Shown piece after piece: positions 30,591-39,243 of a stretch of DNA of 64,000 bases. The notes beneath the pieces were generated by a model. The model was given only the letters and a program-made list of their open reading frames with translations, searched no databases and was not told where the DNA came from. How positions within the stretch are numbered: the stretch's first letter is position 1; each line of letters begins with the position of its first letter. Position numbers and translations under genes: made by a program. Source of the stretch: Candidatus Latescibacterota bacterium (GTDB lineage: Bacteria; Latescibacterota; UBA2968; GCA-2709665); assembly GCA_965208835.1 (NCBI GenBank), contig OZ242358.1:416001-480000 (forward strand). The letters are read 5' to 3'.

Positions 30591-33005
30591 TCAGATGCGC
30601 GTCATCTGTGCCGCTTCCATCCCCAGGTCCCGTACTTTCCCGTCTTTCAGAATATTCACATCCACCCTTCGCCCCGCTTCATTGGTGATGTACGCGTCCC
30701 CGCCGGGAACGACTTCGATGCGAATATCCCCGTCGCACCGGACCTTCATGACTTCCTTCGCGTAAACTGCCTCGCCGCCCTCGATGGGCGTCGAATACTC
30801 GACGCGCCGTCCGGAAACGCGCGTAATGCTTCCAAAAACCGGTACCGGATGCTCAATCTCAGTTGCAAACGCGAATACACTCCGCTCCGCCCCGAAGTTA
30901 CCTGCGCAGAGATAGTCGTCTACGAGTACACAGACGGTATCTTCGGACGACTCGGTGACCGTTAGAAACTGGTCCGGCGTTTCGTCGTGCGGCTGCTCGG
31001 GGCAGATCAGTATGGCGAGCGCGCCAACCTGCGCCCTGGCCCGGTATTCCTTCGCCGTTTCTTCCAGGCTGAGGAACAGATCGTCCGCGACCGCCCTGAA
31101 GCTGAAAGGCGGGAAATGGTGACGGTTCACATAGCGGGTCCCGCCCGTCCCCGTGAACACGATCCCTAGTTGATCGTCCACGTTAAGCCAGCCCGGGTCG
31201 CGCAGGTCGAACACGACATCGTCGTCGGGGTCTTTGCTCGGAAACCCGGGAAACGTCTCCGTTCCGTCGGGGTGATACAGAATACGCTTGCCGTCGCACG
31301 CGCCGCCGACCAGGGGGAAGTCTTCGTTGACCACCCTGATGAATCCCTGGTCCAACCTCTCCACCGTACAATCTCGAAGCGCCACGAGCCGTTCGCTGCA
31401 CACCATCCGTCCATCCGGAAGCGAGCAGCACAGCACGCGCTGCCGGATCGTGTCCTGGGCCCGGTCGTTTTCCATGAGCGCCGCGAACCCGTCGTCCTTT
31501 TGGTTGATCCGCATAACGCGAAGATTCTGGCTTCCCGGCCGGTCCCTCACCGTGACGTTGGCCAGCAGGCTCCAACGGCTGGGCCCTACCGTGTGCACGC
31601 CGTCGCGCGTGAACGGCAGCGCCATCACGTAGTTTCGCCAGGACAGGGAATTCTGGCCCTTCGTGTGTCGATGATGCACGAACCCGGAATGAGGGAAAAC
31701 CCGGACGCCGTTGAACTTCGCCGCAATCTCCGCTTCTGACGCGGGCGCCGGCGCCTCCGCATCCATAATCCGGTGCAGGAGGTAGGGTTTGACGATACCG
31801 GCAATCATCTCGGATTCCTTGATTTCCATCGGATCTTCCACCTCATGGCATGTGTCGGCAATTACGGAATCGATCAACCGCCCTCCGTTCCCTTCCTGTT
31901 TCTTTTCTCTGAGCGCGAGCGAGACCTCCTCGAAATACCCTGCATCCGGGTCTTTCAGAAACAGATATGCCGATGCGTGCAGCACGTGTTGTTCTCCCAG
32001 ATAGAGGCGGTCCATCCCCTGTGTCGGCATGGCCGATCCGGTTGCATCCGTCAGCAGCTTGATCGCATCGTAGACCCGCTGCCGGTTCCAGTAGGCCTCC
32101 GGAGGTTCGATCCTTCCGTACATCCGGTAGAGCAGTCCCAGGCTGGCCACTGACTGTACCCCCGAAGCGGTGTAGCCCGGGTGAACCATTCCGTGGTTCT
32201 CGGCCATGTAGTCCGGCAGCGTGGTGAACGTCTTCCCCGTCAACGCCGCGGCCTTGGACCCCGATTCCAGCGCGCCCTCGTTGAACCGGTCCTGCGGCAC
32301 CGCGCAGGCCGAAAACATCCATCGACGGGCGCAGGCTTCCCACGCTTCCGCCCGCCCGTGTCCGGACAGAAACAGATAGCATGCCGCCAGGCCGTGCGCC
32401 GTCCACGCGTTCTCCTCCATCTGCGTATCGGCGAATACCCCGCTCTTCGGCGCCATCTCTCCGAACCGTTCGAGATAATCCAGGCAGATTCCAGCCAGCA
32501 TCATCCGCGTTTCCTCGTCCACGTACGGCTGCAACATCAGGGCGGCAGAGGTCATATTCGCAACGGTCCCGCCGCACTGGCTTTCAGGGAAGAACCCCCG
32601 GCCCCGTTCCCCCCATTTCGTGCCCCAGGACCTCGGCATTCCCAGCCCCGTGTTCGGCCGCAGACACTCCCCGGGGCCCGTATCGTGCGTGAAACACAGG
32701 TATCGTATGGCCTTGATCACAACTTCACGGAGGCTGTCAATTGACAATCCCGTGGTATTCTCGTCGTATTCCGGCGACGTACCCACCGCGGCCAGGGCGT
32801 GCAGAGGGACCGCGGTCTCGATACCGTACCAATGGACGCCGCCAAAGAAATGCCCGCAGTTGGGGCGCCCGTCCCAATCGTCAAAATAGCTCAGCGCGGT
32901 GGGACACCACTTCTGCGCAATCCGCAGATAGCGCCGGCTCATTGGCGTCTCGAGAGCGGGTATGCAGGCGCCGTCCAGCTCGGTTATCATGTCGGCGGTG
33001 ACCAT
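30591..33005 (-). CDS. Uncharacterised ~800-aa protein, paralogue 2
   Basis: 804 aa, colinear homology with 22826-25258 over the whole length by eye; no signal peptide. Confidence 0.8.
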   Translation of the reverse strand: MVTADMITELDGACIPALETPMSRRYLRIAQKWCPTALSYFDDWDGRPNCGHFFGGVHWYGIETAVPLHALAAVGTSPEYDENTTGLSIDSLREVVIKAIRYLCFTHDTGPGECLRPNTGLGMPRSWGTKWGERGRGFFPESQCGGTVANMTSAALMLQPYVDEETRMMLAGICLDYLERFGEMAPKSGVFADTQMEENAWTAHGLAACYLFLSGHGRAEAWEACARRWMFSACAVPQDRFNEGALESGSKAAALTGKTFTTLPDYMAENHGMVHPGYTASGVQSVASLGLLYRMYGRIEPPEAYWNRQRVYDAIKLLTDATGSAMPTQGMDRLYLGEQHVLHASAYLFLKDPDAGYFEEVSLALREKKQEGNGGRLIDSVIADTCHEVEDPMEIKESEMIAGIVKPYLLHRIMDAEAPAPASEAEIAAKFNGVRVFPHSGFVHHRHTKGQNSLSWRNYVMALPFTRDGVHTVGPSRWSLLANVTVRDRPGSQNLRVMRINQKDDGFAALMENDRAQDTIRQRVLCCSLPDGRMVCSERLVALRDCTVERLDQGFIRVVNEDFPLVGGACDGKRILYHPDGTETFPGFPSKDPDDDVVFDLRDPGWLNVDDQLGIVFTGTGGTRYVNRHHFPPFSFRAVADDLFLSLEETAKEYRARAQVGALAILICPEQPHDETPDQFLTVTESSEDTVCVLVDDYLCAGNFGAERSVFAFATEIEHPVPVFGSITRVSGRRVEYSTPIEGGEAVYAKEVMKVRCDGDIRIEVVPGGDAYITNEAGRRVDVNILKDGKVRDLGMEAAQMTRI

Positions 33006-33011
33006 GCGTCG

Positions 33012-33294
33012 ATGTCCTTAGACAGAAACTCATGCTTGTTTTTTCGGAATTCTCTGAACCCGCGACCTGATGTCCTGTCGCGAAAATCGTCTCGCCATTC
33101 TAAGGCCGATTCATCCATCGGCGAAAAGTCGGTGTTCATTGAGCTTTCCGATACGTGGTCATTGAGCTTGTCGAAATGCCCGTGTTTCGCTAATTGCTGG
33201 GCGTATTTACTTGCCTTCGCCGGCCCTTCGACGAGCTCAGGGAGCGGCTCAGGTGCAGGGTTCTTGGCCAATCGAAGGATGCGAGCTAGGGGAC
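33012..33294. repeat. Repeat family D, copy 2 (opposite orientation)
   Basis: CATTGAGCTTGTCGAAATGCCC...GCCGGCCCTTCGACGAGCTCAGGGA; flanked by TGTCCTTAG and GCTAGGGGAC. Confidence 0.65.
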
Positions 33295-33334
33295 TTGAAG
33301 GCCGAATTCAGGCGATTGAATTTAGTACAGAATA

Positions 33335-34135
33335 TCAATCCAACATCCGTTCGGCGCGTCTGAAGCAGATTTCTTCCAGCGTTTCCTCATCCACCGGCAA
33401 GACCGCACACTTGACCCTGGCCGCAGAGGGATAGGAGAACGGCGCGTGCGTACCGAACACGAGGTGATCACCTCCGCCCTGGTCGATGAAATCCGAAAGT
33501 TCGCGCATCTGATTCACGTTTTGGCTCAATGAGTAATGGACTTCCGAGAGGGACAGGTCGAAATACCAGTCGCGGTCCCGGATCTCCCTGCGTTGCCAAA
33601 CGGGGGAACCCGTAATCCCTCGCGCATTCGGTATCACGATCGTCGCCCCGGTGACCGCGGCAATCAGGTTCGCCGCGCCGTTGAGGTCCAGCATCCGTCC
33701 GGGATCCATCCAGTGCTTCTGTCTGACGTCCTCGATCCGATGCGGAATGAACACAGGAAGGCCCCGCTCCCTGCAGGCCGCCACAACCCTGCGGGACTCG
33801 GGTCCGTCAACGGCGAATTCGTGATACTGCGGGAAAAGCCGCGCGCCCTTCATGCCCAGGTCCTCGTGGCACCGGCGCAGGTCGCCTTCCCAGTTCCGAT
33901 CGGCCGCATTGATCGTCGCCATCGGAATCAGTCGATCGGTAAACCCCTGCAGGTCCTCCGCCAGCCGTTCGTTGGCCGGCTGTACGCTGCGGTGTAATAT
34001 CGCCTCGATTCGGGACACGGCGGCCGTCCCGATACCGGCCCGGTCCAGCCTCCGGATCAGCGTGTCAGGCGTATTGTCCCGCAATGCCCGAAAGGGCCAC
34101 GAACCCAGCCATGCGTTGAGATCGATGTATTTCAT
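33335..34135 (-). CDS. Amidohydrolase_2-like protein with degenerate metal motifs
   Basis: IDLNAWLG.WPFR, AN.RL, G.KG.RLFP.YH, LVFGTHAP; overlaps the upstream amidohydrolase stop (ATGA coupling). Confidence 0.8.
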   Translation of the reverse strand: MKYIDLNAWLGSWPFRALRDNTPDTLIRRLDRAGIGTAAVSRIEAILHRSVQPANERLAEDLQGFTDRLIPMATINAADRNWEGDLRRCHEDLGMKGARLFPQYHEFAVDGPESRRVVAACRERGLPVFIPHRIEDVRQKHWMDPGRMLDLNGAANLIAAVTGATIVIPNARGITGSPVWQRREIRDRDWYFDLSLSEVHYSLSQNVNQMRELSDFIDQGGGDHLVFGTHAPFSYPSAARVKCAVLPVDEETLEEICFRRAERMLD

Positions 34136-34974
34136 GCCGAAGCCTCCTTCCCCGTCCGGATCGGCGACGCGCCCTGAGCCGCCAGGATCCGTTTCGCGTT
34201 GCCCCAGAAAATCATATCTTTTTCCTCGTCCGTCAGCGTTGCGTCGATGACCTTCCCAACGCTGCCGGTCATGGTCCCGTCCGTTCCGAACAGCACCCGG
34301 TCCGCGCCCATTTCCGCCACGGCGAGTTCGACCTGTCCATCGTCCAGATTGCTGCCGGCGACGTCGCAGACCAGGTTGGGGGACGTACCCCGCATCGCCC
34401 GGATGGTATTCTCCCAGTCGCCGCCGCCGCCGATGTGGGCGTGGATAACCATCGCCTCAGGATACCGCCGATTCATCTCCGCAAAGTGTTGTCCGTTGGA
34501 AATCAGCGGTTGAGCATCGAGGAATTCCCTGGCGGTGGGAAGGCCCGCGTGCTCCAGGAGCGGCACCTTGCGCTCGATGATGCGTTCGAGAACCGGATAC
34601 ACCGCCGGATCGTCGATGCGATACTGGTTGTAGAGTTTGAGGCCGATCATCCCCGCGTCCAGGCAACGATCAATCTCGTCCAGGGCGTGCTGATAATGTC
34701 CGGGAATGACGAAACACAGTCCCCGGATATGGTCGGGAAACCGCTTCATGGCCCTCAGCACGGCATCGTTCTCCGCTCGAACTTCCTCGATACTGGCAAG
34801 CCGCCCGCCCGTAATGGGCGACGAACACCAGTATTCGGTGATGCCCAGCAAATCGCCCGTCCAGATCAACTGCTCGGCGGACGTCACCTCGTCCGCCTCG
34901 TTGTCCAGATTCCAGACGTGGGCGTGTACGTCGATCTTGGGCCGGCGGAGCCATCGTTCGATATCCAGACTCAT
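34132..34974 (-). CDS. Amidohydrolase_2 family metallo-hydrolase
   Basis: IDVHAH, GMIGLKL, LEHAG, HAHIGGGGDW, RVLFGTD, IFWGNA; ATG at 34974 with GGAGG RBS. Confidence 0.9.
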   Translation of the reverse strand: MSLDIERWLRRPKIDVHAHVWNLDNEADEVTSAEQLIWTGDLLGITEYWCSSPITGGRLASIEEVRAENDAVLRAMKRFPDHIRGLCFVIPGHYQHALDEIDRCLDAGMIGLKLYNQYRIDDPAVYPVLERIIERKVPLLEHAGLPTAREFLDAQPLISNGQHFAEMNRRYPEAMVIHAHIGGGGDWENTIRAMRGTSPNLVCDVAGSNLDDGQVELAVAEMGADRVLFGTDGTMTGSVGKVIDATLTDEEKDMIFWGNAKRILAAQGASPIRTGKEASA

Positions 34975-35016
34975 TTCGAATCCTCCGTATGTATGAAAGC
35001 GATAAAAGCTATCAGC

Positions 35017-35243
35017 TAAAAGCGGGTAGACGTAAGACGGGAGAGGGTAGAGAACCACACTCGCCCCACCACCTGGTGAGAAGGAAGACGAAAGAGGGGA
35101 GAGATCGAATGCCGTAAAGGGATTCTTTTTATGCCGCAGGCAAGTCGGAGGAACAAATCGGCAAGGGCTTCTTCTCCCGTCTACCCTCTTCCCTCTACCC
35201 GCATTTTTTCTCCCGTCTACCCTCTCCCGTCTCACCGCCTTTT
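35017..35243. repeat. Repeat family A, copy 8 (long form, inverted relative to copy 1)
   Basis: Near reverse complement of 3509-3730, including the GAACCACAC..CCACCAC side segment. Confidence 0.88.
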
Positions 35244-35285
35244 GGCGACCTTTCCTCCGTCCCCGCGAAAAAAGTTGCCAGCTAT

Positions 35286-37052
35286 CTATTCCCGATCCCA
35301 CGGAAACACGAACGTCGGTTGATTCGCATACCGCTTCGTGGTGACCACGAGCCGGCTTCCGCTCCCGGGCGCCAGTCGAACCGTGAAGAACGGACAGTCC
35401 AATGTATGGGAGTCGCCGTTGGTCTGAACCTCGGTCACCTGATGCTCGCCATAGGCCCCCGCCTGGACGATCACGGTTCGATGATCCACCGGATTCACGT
35501 TCACCAGCGATACCGTGGCCGTCTCGTCCGTCAGCCCTTCCACCAGCGCCCCGACGTCCTCCGGAATTCCCGCCCGCCGCCTCACAGGGTCGAAATACCG
35601 CAGGCGGCAATGCAGCGGCTCGCCGTACCGGGGGTTCAATCCACCCAGCATCAACTGGGTCAGACAGCTGTTGATGGCGGGGTTGAATTTCAGCGTATCG
35701 TCTGACATCCGGGTATCGGGCGAACCGGCATCCCGGCGCATGCCGTTCACCTTTTCGCGGATGGACGCGAATTCCCTGCGCAGGGCAGCCTCCGCATATC
35801 CGTCGTTTTCTCCATCCAGGTATTTCAGCCACGCGTCATCGGGAACGTATTTCAGGTCCTTCCGGTCCATCGACCAGTAGTAGACGTCCAGCGCACCCTG
35901 GCTGTAGGGCGATTCCTTGTAGTCGTACCAGCCGTCGTCGCCGTACATGTGCGGGTACATCGTTCTGCCGTCCACCGTGCGGGTATTCGCGTTTACGGCT
36001 GCCAGCATCCCGCGCCAGACGTCCACGTATTTCTGTTGTCCCGTCAGCAACAGGGCGTTCCCGAAACCCGCCACCCCGCGGGAAATTGCATTCCTGTTGG
36101 ACAGTTCGCCCGTCTGGGGGACGACTACCGTGAACCCCCAGCCATAACACCCGCCATACCACTTGCCGTCGCATTCGCCTCCGATTGTGCCTTCCAGTCC
36201 GATGTTGCTGGGGAGGATGCCATTGTTCGCGGCCGCCCGCTCCGCCCATGCATCCACGTATTCCAGTACCCATTCCCTGTATTTCCGCTCGCCCTCCACC
36301 ATAAAGGCGTTGAGGCCGAGCGTCGTGGCCGCCAGATTGATGGGGTGGTCGCCGACCACGTCGGTATAGTCCTCGAAATGCGCCAGCATCTCCTCGAAAT
36401 TGCGCTCGCCATGCGCCGGGTCGAACCGCCCCTCTATCTCGATCGGGTCTCCCGCCCAGTCCAGCGCCGTCGCCTTCCTCAGCAGGGGCCCCCTGCTTCC
36501 GGTAAACAGGCTGCGGATGATCCTGTGCTCCGGATCGTAATTCTTCGCCTGCGGGTCCTCATCCATATAGAAGCCCGCGTAACGGCGCGACCGGTGCCGA
36601 AAGCGGTTATCGTACGGATCCGACAGTCCCTGCAAATTGAAGACGGCCAGGCTCTCGCCGTGGTGAAACCAGTCCAGGCTTACCGGGAACTCTTTATATA
36701 TCATCCCGTCCCGCGCCAGCGGCACCTCCACTGTTTTCGCCTCCGTATACTGCAGCAGGTGCCCCTCCCACCCCAGCTTGTACATCTCCAGAATGCTATC
36801 CGGCGCTCCTATCGCGTGCAGAATGGGCCAACCGGTCAGGTTCTCGATCGCGTCGTCCGGGCCGTCGTTGCCGCCCCACCGTGGGACGCACTGAAGATAG
36901 CCCCGCGAGTCAAAGTAACGATGGAAGAACTCATTGCACGCCCGTGTCTGCGCCCGGATCAACGCCCTTTCGAGTAACGCCCATTCCGGCGGCGGCATGG
37001 GCGCCTCGATCGAAACGGTCAGTGCATTGGGATTGACTTTTGACATTGCCAT
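35286..37052 (-). CDS. Conserved hypothetical protein (Trp/Tyr/Asp-rich, possible alpha/alpha-toroid enzyme)
   Basis: 588 aa with strong codon bias and RBS; motifs WGGNDGPDD, DWFHHGE, RYFDP..RR.G.PEDV.ALV; family not recognised. Confidence 0.75.
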   Translation of the reverse strand: MAMSKVNPNALTVSIEAPMPPPEWALLERALIRAQTRACNEFFHRYFDSRGYLQCVPRWGGNDGPDDAIENLTGWPILHAIGAPDSILEMYKLGWEGHLLQYTEAKTVEVPLARDGMIYKEFPVSLDWFHHGESLAVFNLQGLSDPYDNRFRHRSRRYAGFYMDEDPQAKNYDPEHRIIRSLFTGSRGPLLRKATALDWAGDPIEIEGRFDPAHGERNFEEMLAHFEDYTDVVGDHPINLAATTLGLNAFMVEGERKYREWVLEYVDAWAERAAANNGILPSNIGLEGTIGGECDGKWYGGCYGWGFTVVVPQTGELSNRNAISRGVAGFGNALLLTGQQKYVDVWRGMLAAVNANTRTVDGRTMYPHMYGDDGWYDYKESPYSQGALDVYYWSMDRKDLKYVPDDAWLKYLDGENDGYAEAALRREFASIREKVNGMRRDAGSPDTRMSDDTLKFNPAINSCLTQLMLGGLNPRYGEPLHCRLRYFDPVRRRAGIPEDVGALVEGLTDETATVSLVNVNPVDHRTVIVQAGAYGEHQVTEVQTNGDSHTLDCPFFTVRLAPGSGSRLVVTTKRYANQPTFVFPWDRE

Positions 37053-37293
37053 TCCTTTCGATCGACAACAAACATGGATACAGAGGATAGGCAGGATTAA
37101 AGGCGAAATTCGGAAAAGCCGCCGTAAAATAGGGAATCACACTCCCGCATACAACGCAAAAGGACCAGGCCGCGAAGTGTACGTCGCGAGTCTGAAGAAC
37201 GAAAATCTTGACCGCGAAACAGGGCTTTCCTAATTTATCGCCGCACTCATTTGCATCCGCCAAGGGCTGATATCGCAATTCACCGGAGGTTTC

Positions 37294-37686
37294 GTGAAAG
37301 AACAGATCGAACACTACGAAAACAAGCTGAAGTACGAGATCGATTCGTACGATGTTTTCGAGGCGCTGAAACTCGGAAGGGATATTGTTGTCGTGGACGC
37401 GAGGTCTACCGAAGCGTACGCCGAAAGACACATTCCGGGCGCAATAAGCCTGCCCCACCGCACGATGGGCGAGGAGACCACGTCCAGGCTGGACGAAAAC
37501 ACGCTCTATGTGACCTACTGCGACGGCATCGGCTGCAATGCGTCGACCAAAGGCGCGCTCAAATTGGCCAGACTGGGTTTCAGCGTCAAGGAACTCATGG
37601 GCGGGTTGGACTGGTGGATCAGGGACGGCTATGCAACCGAGGGTCTCCAGGCCACCGAAGGGAAAGCGCCGGACTGCGGATGCTGA
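37294..37686 (+). CDS. Rhodanese-like domain protein
   Basis: VDAR...Y...HIPGA, YCDGIGCNAS, L.GG.DWW..DG; GGAGG RBS. Confidence 0.9.
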   Translation: MKEQIEHYENKLKYEIDSYDVFEALKLGRDIVVVDARSTEAYAERHIPGAISLPHRTMGEETTSRLDENTLYVTYCDGIGCNASTKGALKLARLGFSVKELMGGLDWWIRDGYATEGLQATEGKAPDCGC

Positions 37687-37740
37687 CCAGCCGGTCTGGT
37701 CGGCAATGGCTTCATCTTCGGGCTCTGCTGTACGAAAAAT

Positions 37741-37769
37741 TTGACTTAAGGGTCCAGCTTATCTATCTT
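37741..37769 (+). promoter_or_regulatory. Sigma70-like promoter of the his leader
   Basis: TTGACT-17 nt-TATCTT. Confidence 0.6.
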
Positions 37770-37778
37770 ATGAGTCCT

Positions 37779-37922
37779 ATGACACAACTGAACAACATCC
37801 AGGTCATTCCGAGGGAACCGAGCGTCAGCCCATCCGGCTCCCAGTGTGTCTATACGGCCCATCGCCACACTCATCATACGGGTTCCGCGACTTTTCGCGC
37901 AATCTGCTCGGCGGTGGACTAG
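37779..37922 (+). CDS. Putative histidine attenuator leader peptide (47 aa, HRHTHH)
   Basis: MTQLNN...YTAHRHTHHTG...VD*; four His codons within six, stop 24 nt before a terminator, upstream of hisI-hisG. Confidence 0.7.
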   Translation: MTQLNNIQVIPREPSVSPSGSQCVYTAHRHTHHTGSATFRAICSAVD

Positions 37923-37946
37923 ATCTGGATCCAAGTGTTGAAAATG

Positions 37947-37979
37947 AAAGCCCGCTGTCGAGAGACGGCGGGCTTTTTT
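37947..37979 (+). terminator. Intrinsic terminator (attenuator)
   Basis: AAAGCCCGCTGTC-GAGA-GACGGCGGGCTTT stem followed by a T run. Confidence 0.85.
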
Positions 37980-38054
37980 GATGGCAGCGCCAATACACGG
38001 ATTCGCCGATGACGGCGAGATCACAGGTCTGGCCTATCTCTGAGGGTAAGGGAA

Positions 38055-38777
38055 ATGGGAAACGATAACGACGCATACGGACGGATGATGTGGGACTACC
38101 ACCGCGGCATACCCGCCCGGGAAATCGTGGAGCGCGACGACGGGTTTATTTCCGCCGGCAAGTCGCGCGATTATTTCGAGCCCTTCAGCGAATGGCCGCC
38201 TCAACAGCAGAAGTCGATGGACTGCGTGTCGGGGCGCGTACTCGATATCGGCTGCGGGCCCGGACGGCACGCCATCCACCTGCAGCAAGAGGGATTCGAC
38301 GTCCTGGGCATCGATGCCTCGCCCCTGGCCATCAGGGTTGCCCGCGAGCGCGGCTTGAGGAAGGCCGACGTTCTGAGCGTGACGCGGTTATCCTTTCGGC
38401 TCGGCGAATTCGACACCCTGCTGATGATGGGCAACAACTTCGGTCTGTTCGGTAACTTGAAACGCGCCCGGTGGTTGTTGAGGAAGATGCGCAATATGAC
38501 GTCGTCGAACGGGAGAATCATCGCCGAATCCCGGGACCCTTATGCGACCACGAGCAGAGCGCATCTGGATTATCACGAGACCAACCGGAGACGCGGCAGG
38601 TTTTCGTGCCAACTCAGAATCCGGATCCGGTACGGACAACACATCGGCAACTGGTTCGAGTATCTCATGGTTTCCCGAAATGAGATGGCGTTCATTCTGG
38701 AAGGTACCGGATGGCGGATTTCACGATTTATACCCGAAACGGGAACCGTCTACGTCGCGATTATCGAAAAAGCCTGA
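38055..38777 (+). CDS. Class I SAM-dependent methyltransferase
   Basis: VLDIGCGPGRH motif I, GIDAS, FDTLLMMGNNFGL. Confidence 0.9.
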   Translation: MGNDNDAYGRMMWDYHRGIPAREIVERDDGFISAGKSRDYFEPFSEWPPQQQKSMDCVSGRVLDIGCGPGRHAIHLQQEGFDVLGIDASPLAIRVARERGLRKADVLSVTRLSFRLGEFDTLLMMGNNFGLFGNLKRARWLLRKMRNMTSSNGRIIAESRDPYATTSRAHLDYHETNRRRGRFSCQLRIRIRYGQHIGNWFEYLMVSRNEMAFILEGTGWRISRFIPETGTVYVAIIEKA

Positions 38778-38811
38778 ATATCAGCAAATCCCATGCAGGA
38801 AGGAAATCGTC

Positions 38812-39240
38812 ATGGCCGCGAATCACGAAATTGAAGAAGGCACTGAGGTCCAACTCGACTTCGAAAAGCTGTCCAGGGTTGCGAAAACCGGCCACTCGGT
38901 CATTCCCGCGGCCGTGCAGGACGTGGACAGCAAAGCCGTTCTCCTGATCGGCTATGTCAACAAACAGGCGCTCGAACACGCGCTCGAACACCGCGTGGCG
39001 ACGTTCTGGAGTACGTCGCGAAACGAACTCTGGATCAAGGGCGCGACGTCGGGGGATATGCTAGACCTGATCGACGTGCGCGTCAACTGCGAACAGAACT
39101 CGCTGCTCTATATGGTGCGCCTTCGCGGCGAGGGGTCGTGCCATACGAAAGTCGGCGATCGACCGCGTTACGGCTGCTATTACCGCAGCATCGTCAACGG
39201 CAAGCTCGAATTCGTGGAACCTGAAACCATACCGGAGTAG
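38812..39240 (+). CDS. hisI: Phosphoribosyl-AMP cyclohydrolase
   Basis: IPAAVQD, FWSTSR.ELW.KG.TSG, NCEQNSLL, SCHT....GCYYR. Confidence 0.9.
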   Translation: MAANHEIEEGTEVQLDFEKLSRVAKTGHSVIPAAVQDVDSKAVLLIGYVNKQALEHALEHRVATFWSTSRNELWIKGATSGDMLDLIDVRVNCEQNSLLYMVRLRGEGSCHTKVGDRPRYGCYYRSIVNGKLEFVEPETIPE

Positions 39241-39243
39241 CCC

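Noticed and set aside
34132-35832. 566-aa ORF as a single long amidohydrolase
   Set aside because: The N-terminal 285 aa run through repeat A copy 8 and another frame of the upstream gene; the real start with RBS is 34974.
37251-37922. 223-aa ORF spanning the rhodanese gene
   Set aside because: Alternate frame of the rhodanese gene; only its last 47 codons, downstream of the promoter, are retained as the leader peptide.
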